Positions 35,926-36,868 of a stretch of DNA of 36,868 nucleotides are shown in pieces. This DNA comes from a virus (taxonomy: Duplodnaviria; Caudoviricetes): IMG/VR virus record IMGVR_UViG_3300042363_000465, positions 1 to 36,868 of that record; one strand, given 5' to 3'. The notes beneath the pieces were generated by a model that searched no databases, had not been told where the DNA came from, and saw nothing but the letters and a program-made list of their open reading frames with translations. Each line of letters begins with the position of its first letter. Positions within the stretch are counted from its first letter, which is position 1. The position numbers and the translations under genes are program-made.

Positions 35926-36868
35926 ACAGACCAAATTTTAAACTCTGGTTAGGTGTTGTTGAAGATAGAGCAGACCCAGAATACTTAGGAAGGTATAGAG
36001 TAAGAGTATTAGGTTATCACACTGCGAATCGTGATGTATTGCCTACTAGTGATTTACCATGGGCAGTTGCTATCATGCCAGTAACGTCTGCTAGTATATC
36101 AGGAATAAGTGATACGCCTAGTCTAGTTGAAGGTTCTACAGTAGTTGGTTTTTATGCTGACGAAGATGATCAGATACCTATAATTATGGGTTCTTTGGCT
36201 GGAATGCCTTTGCAAAGAATAGACGATTCTTCTATAGGATTTTTTGATCCTAAACACAGATATCCTCGTAACGGAGAAGACGCCGGTTATAACGCACTCG
36301 GTGAACCTGATATATCAAGACTAGCAAGAGGCAAAGATGCTGAAAAACATGCTAGTTTAATATCAAAAAGACAAACCATTTCTAAACAAATACCCAGAGC
36401 AGTTTCTCCTAGCGTACCTTCAGTCGGTGAAGATAAACCGTCTGCAACATATACAAGAGAATTTTGGGATGAACCTCATCCTAGATTTGGATCTACAGAT
36501 CAAGGAACATATACACCAGCCGGTTCTATTCCTACCTTTGAAACTAGTAAAACGTCAGTGTATCCTTTTAATAGAGTGGTTGAAACAGAATCTGGGCATG
36601 TATTTGAAGTAGATGATACACCAGGTAATGGTAGAATACATGAATATCATAACTCAGGTACATTTTATGAAATTCAATCTGACGGTAAAAAAATTACTAA
36701 AATAGTCGGTGATGAATATGAAATTACTTTAGGTGATAAAAAAGTTACAATACAAGGTTCGTGTGATGTTACTATAGGCGGTAATGTTAAGTTATATGTA
36801 CAAGGTGATTTATATACTGAAGTAGATGGTAATCAATTTACTACAGTAAGAGGAGACCGAGTTACTAA
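35922..36868 (+). CDS. gp5: Baseplate hub/spike gp5 (OB fold plus beta-helix); runs off the right edge
   Basis: WLGVVEDRADP..LGR.RVRVLGYH, DLPWA, YPFNRVVETESGHVFEVDDTPG..RIHEYH.SGTFYE, VxGD/N octad repeats. Confidence 0.93.
   Translation, partial: MNRPNFKLWLGVVEDRADPEYLGRYRVRVLGYHTANRDVLPTSDLPWAVAIMPVTSASISGISDTPSLVEGSTVVGFYADEDDQIPIIMGSLAGMPLQRIDDSSIGFFDPKHRYPRNGEDAGYNALGEPDISRLARGKDAEKHASLISKRQTISKQIPRAVSPSVPSVGEDKPSATYTREFWDEPHPRFGSTDQGTYTPAGSIPTFETSKTSVYPFNRVVETESGHVFEVDDTPGNGRIHEYHNSGTFYEIQSDGKKITKIVGDEYEITLGDKKVTIQGSCDVTIGGNVKLYVQGDLYTEVDGNQFTTVRGDRVT

Noticed and set aside
36427-36612. 61-aa ORF from the track
   Set aside because: It is off-frame inside gp5, which runs uninterrupted to the window edge.

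Overview
An AT-rich segment of a lytic T4-like myovirus (marine/freshwater type) with canonical sigma70 and T4-late (TATAAATA) promoters. From left to right it carries: (1) a late, minus-strand pair of signal-peptide proteins, one Asn/Thr/Ser-rich and one with acidic repeats; (2) a ~15 kb translationally coupled operon with seven radical SAM enzymes, a glycosyltransferase, a methyltransferase, a 2OG-Fe(II) oxygenase, an SDR and a NodU/CmcH carbamoyltransferase; (3) phoH, two tRNAs, an SGNH hydrolase and a nitroreductase; (4) the core exonuclease-SleB-gp33-gp59-gp32 block; (5) the tail/baseplate module (gp4, gp2, gp54-like, gp26/gp51, tape-measure-like, gp48, gp53, hub, gp5), interrupted by an accessory fibre cassette. 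The strongest observations are a 499-aa Thr-rich protein whose two halves are residue-by-residue mirror complements (every arm Arg/Lys faces an aromatic residue, and the outer Cys pairs share the same register), implying a ~65-70 nm beta-hairpin fibre beside a KpsS-like glycosyltransferase; the radical SAM mega-operon; and an in-frame U UUU UUC slippery site that would fuse gp26 to gp51 just upstream of the tape-measure-like gene. All family calls come from motifs and synteny read by eye; no searches were run.
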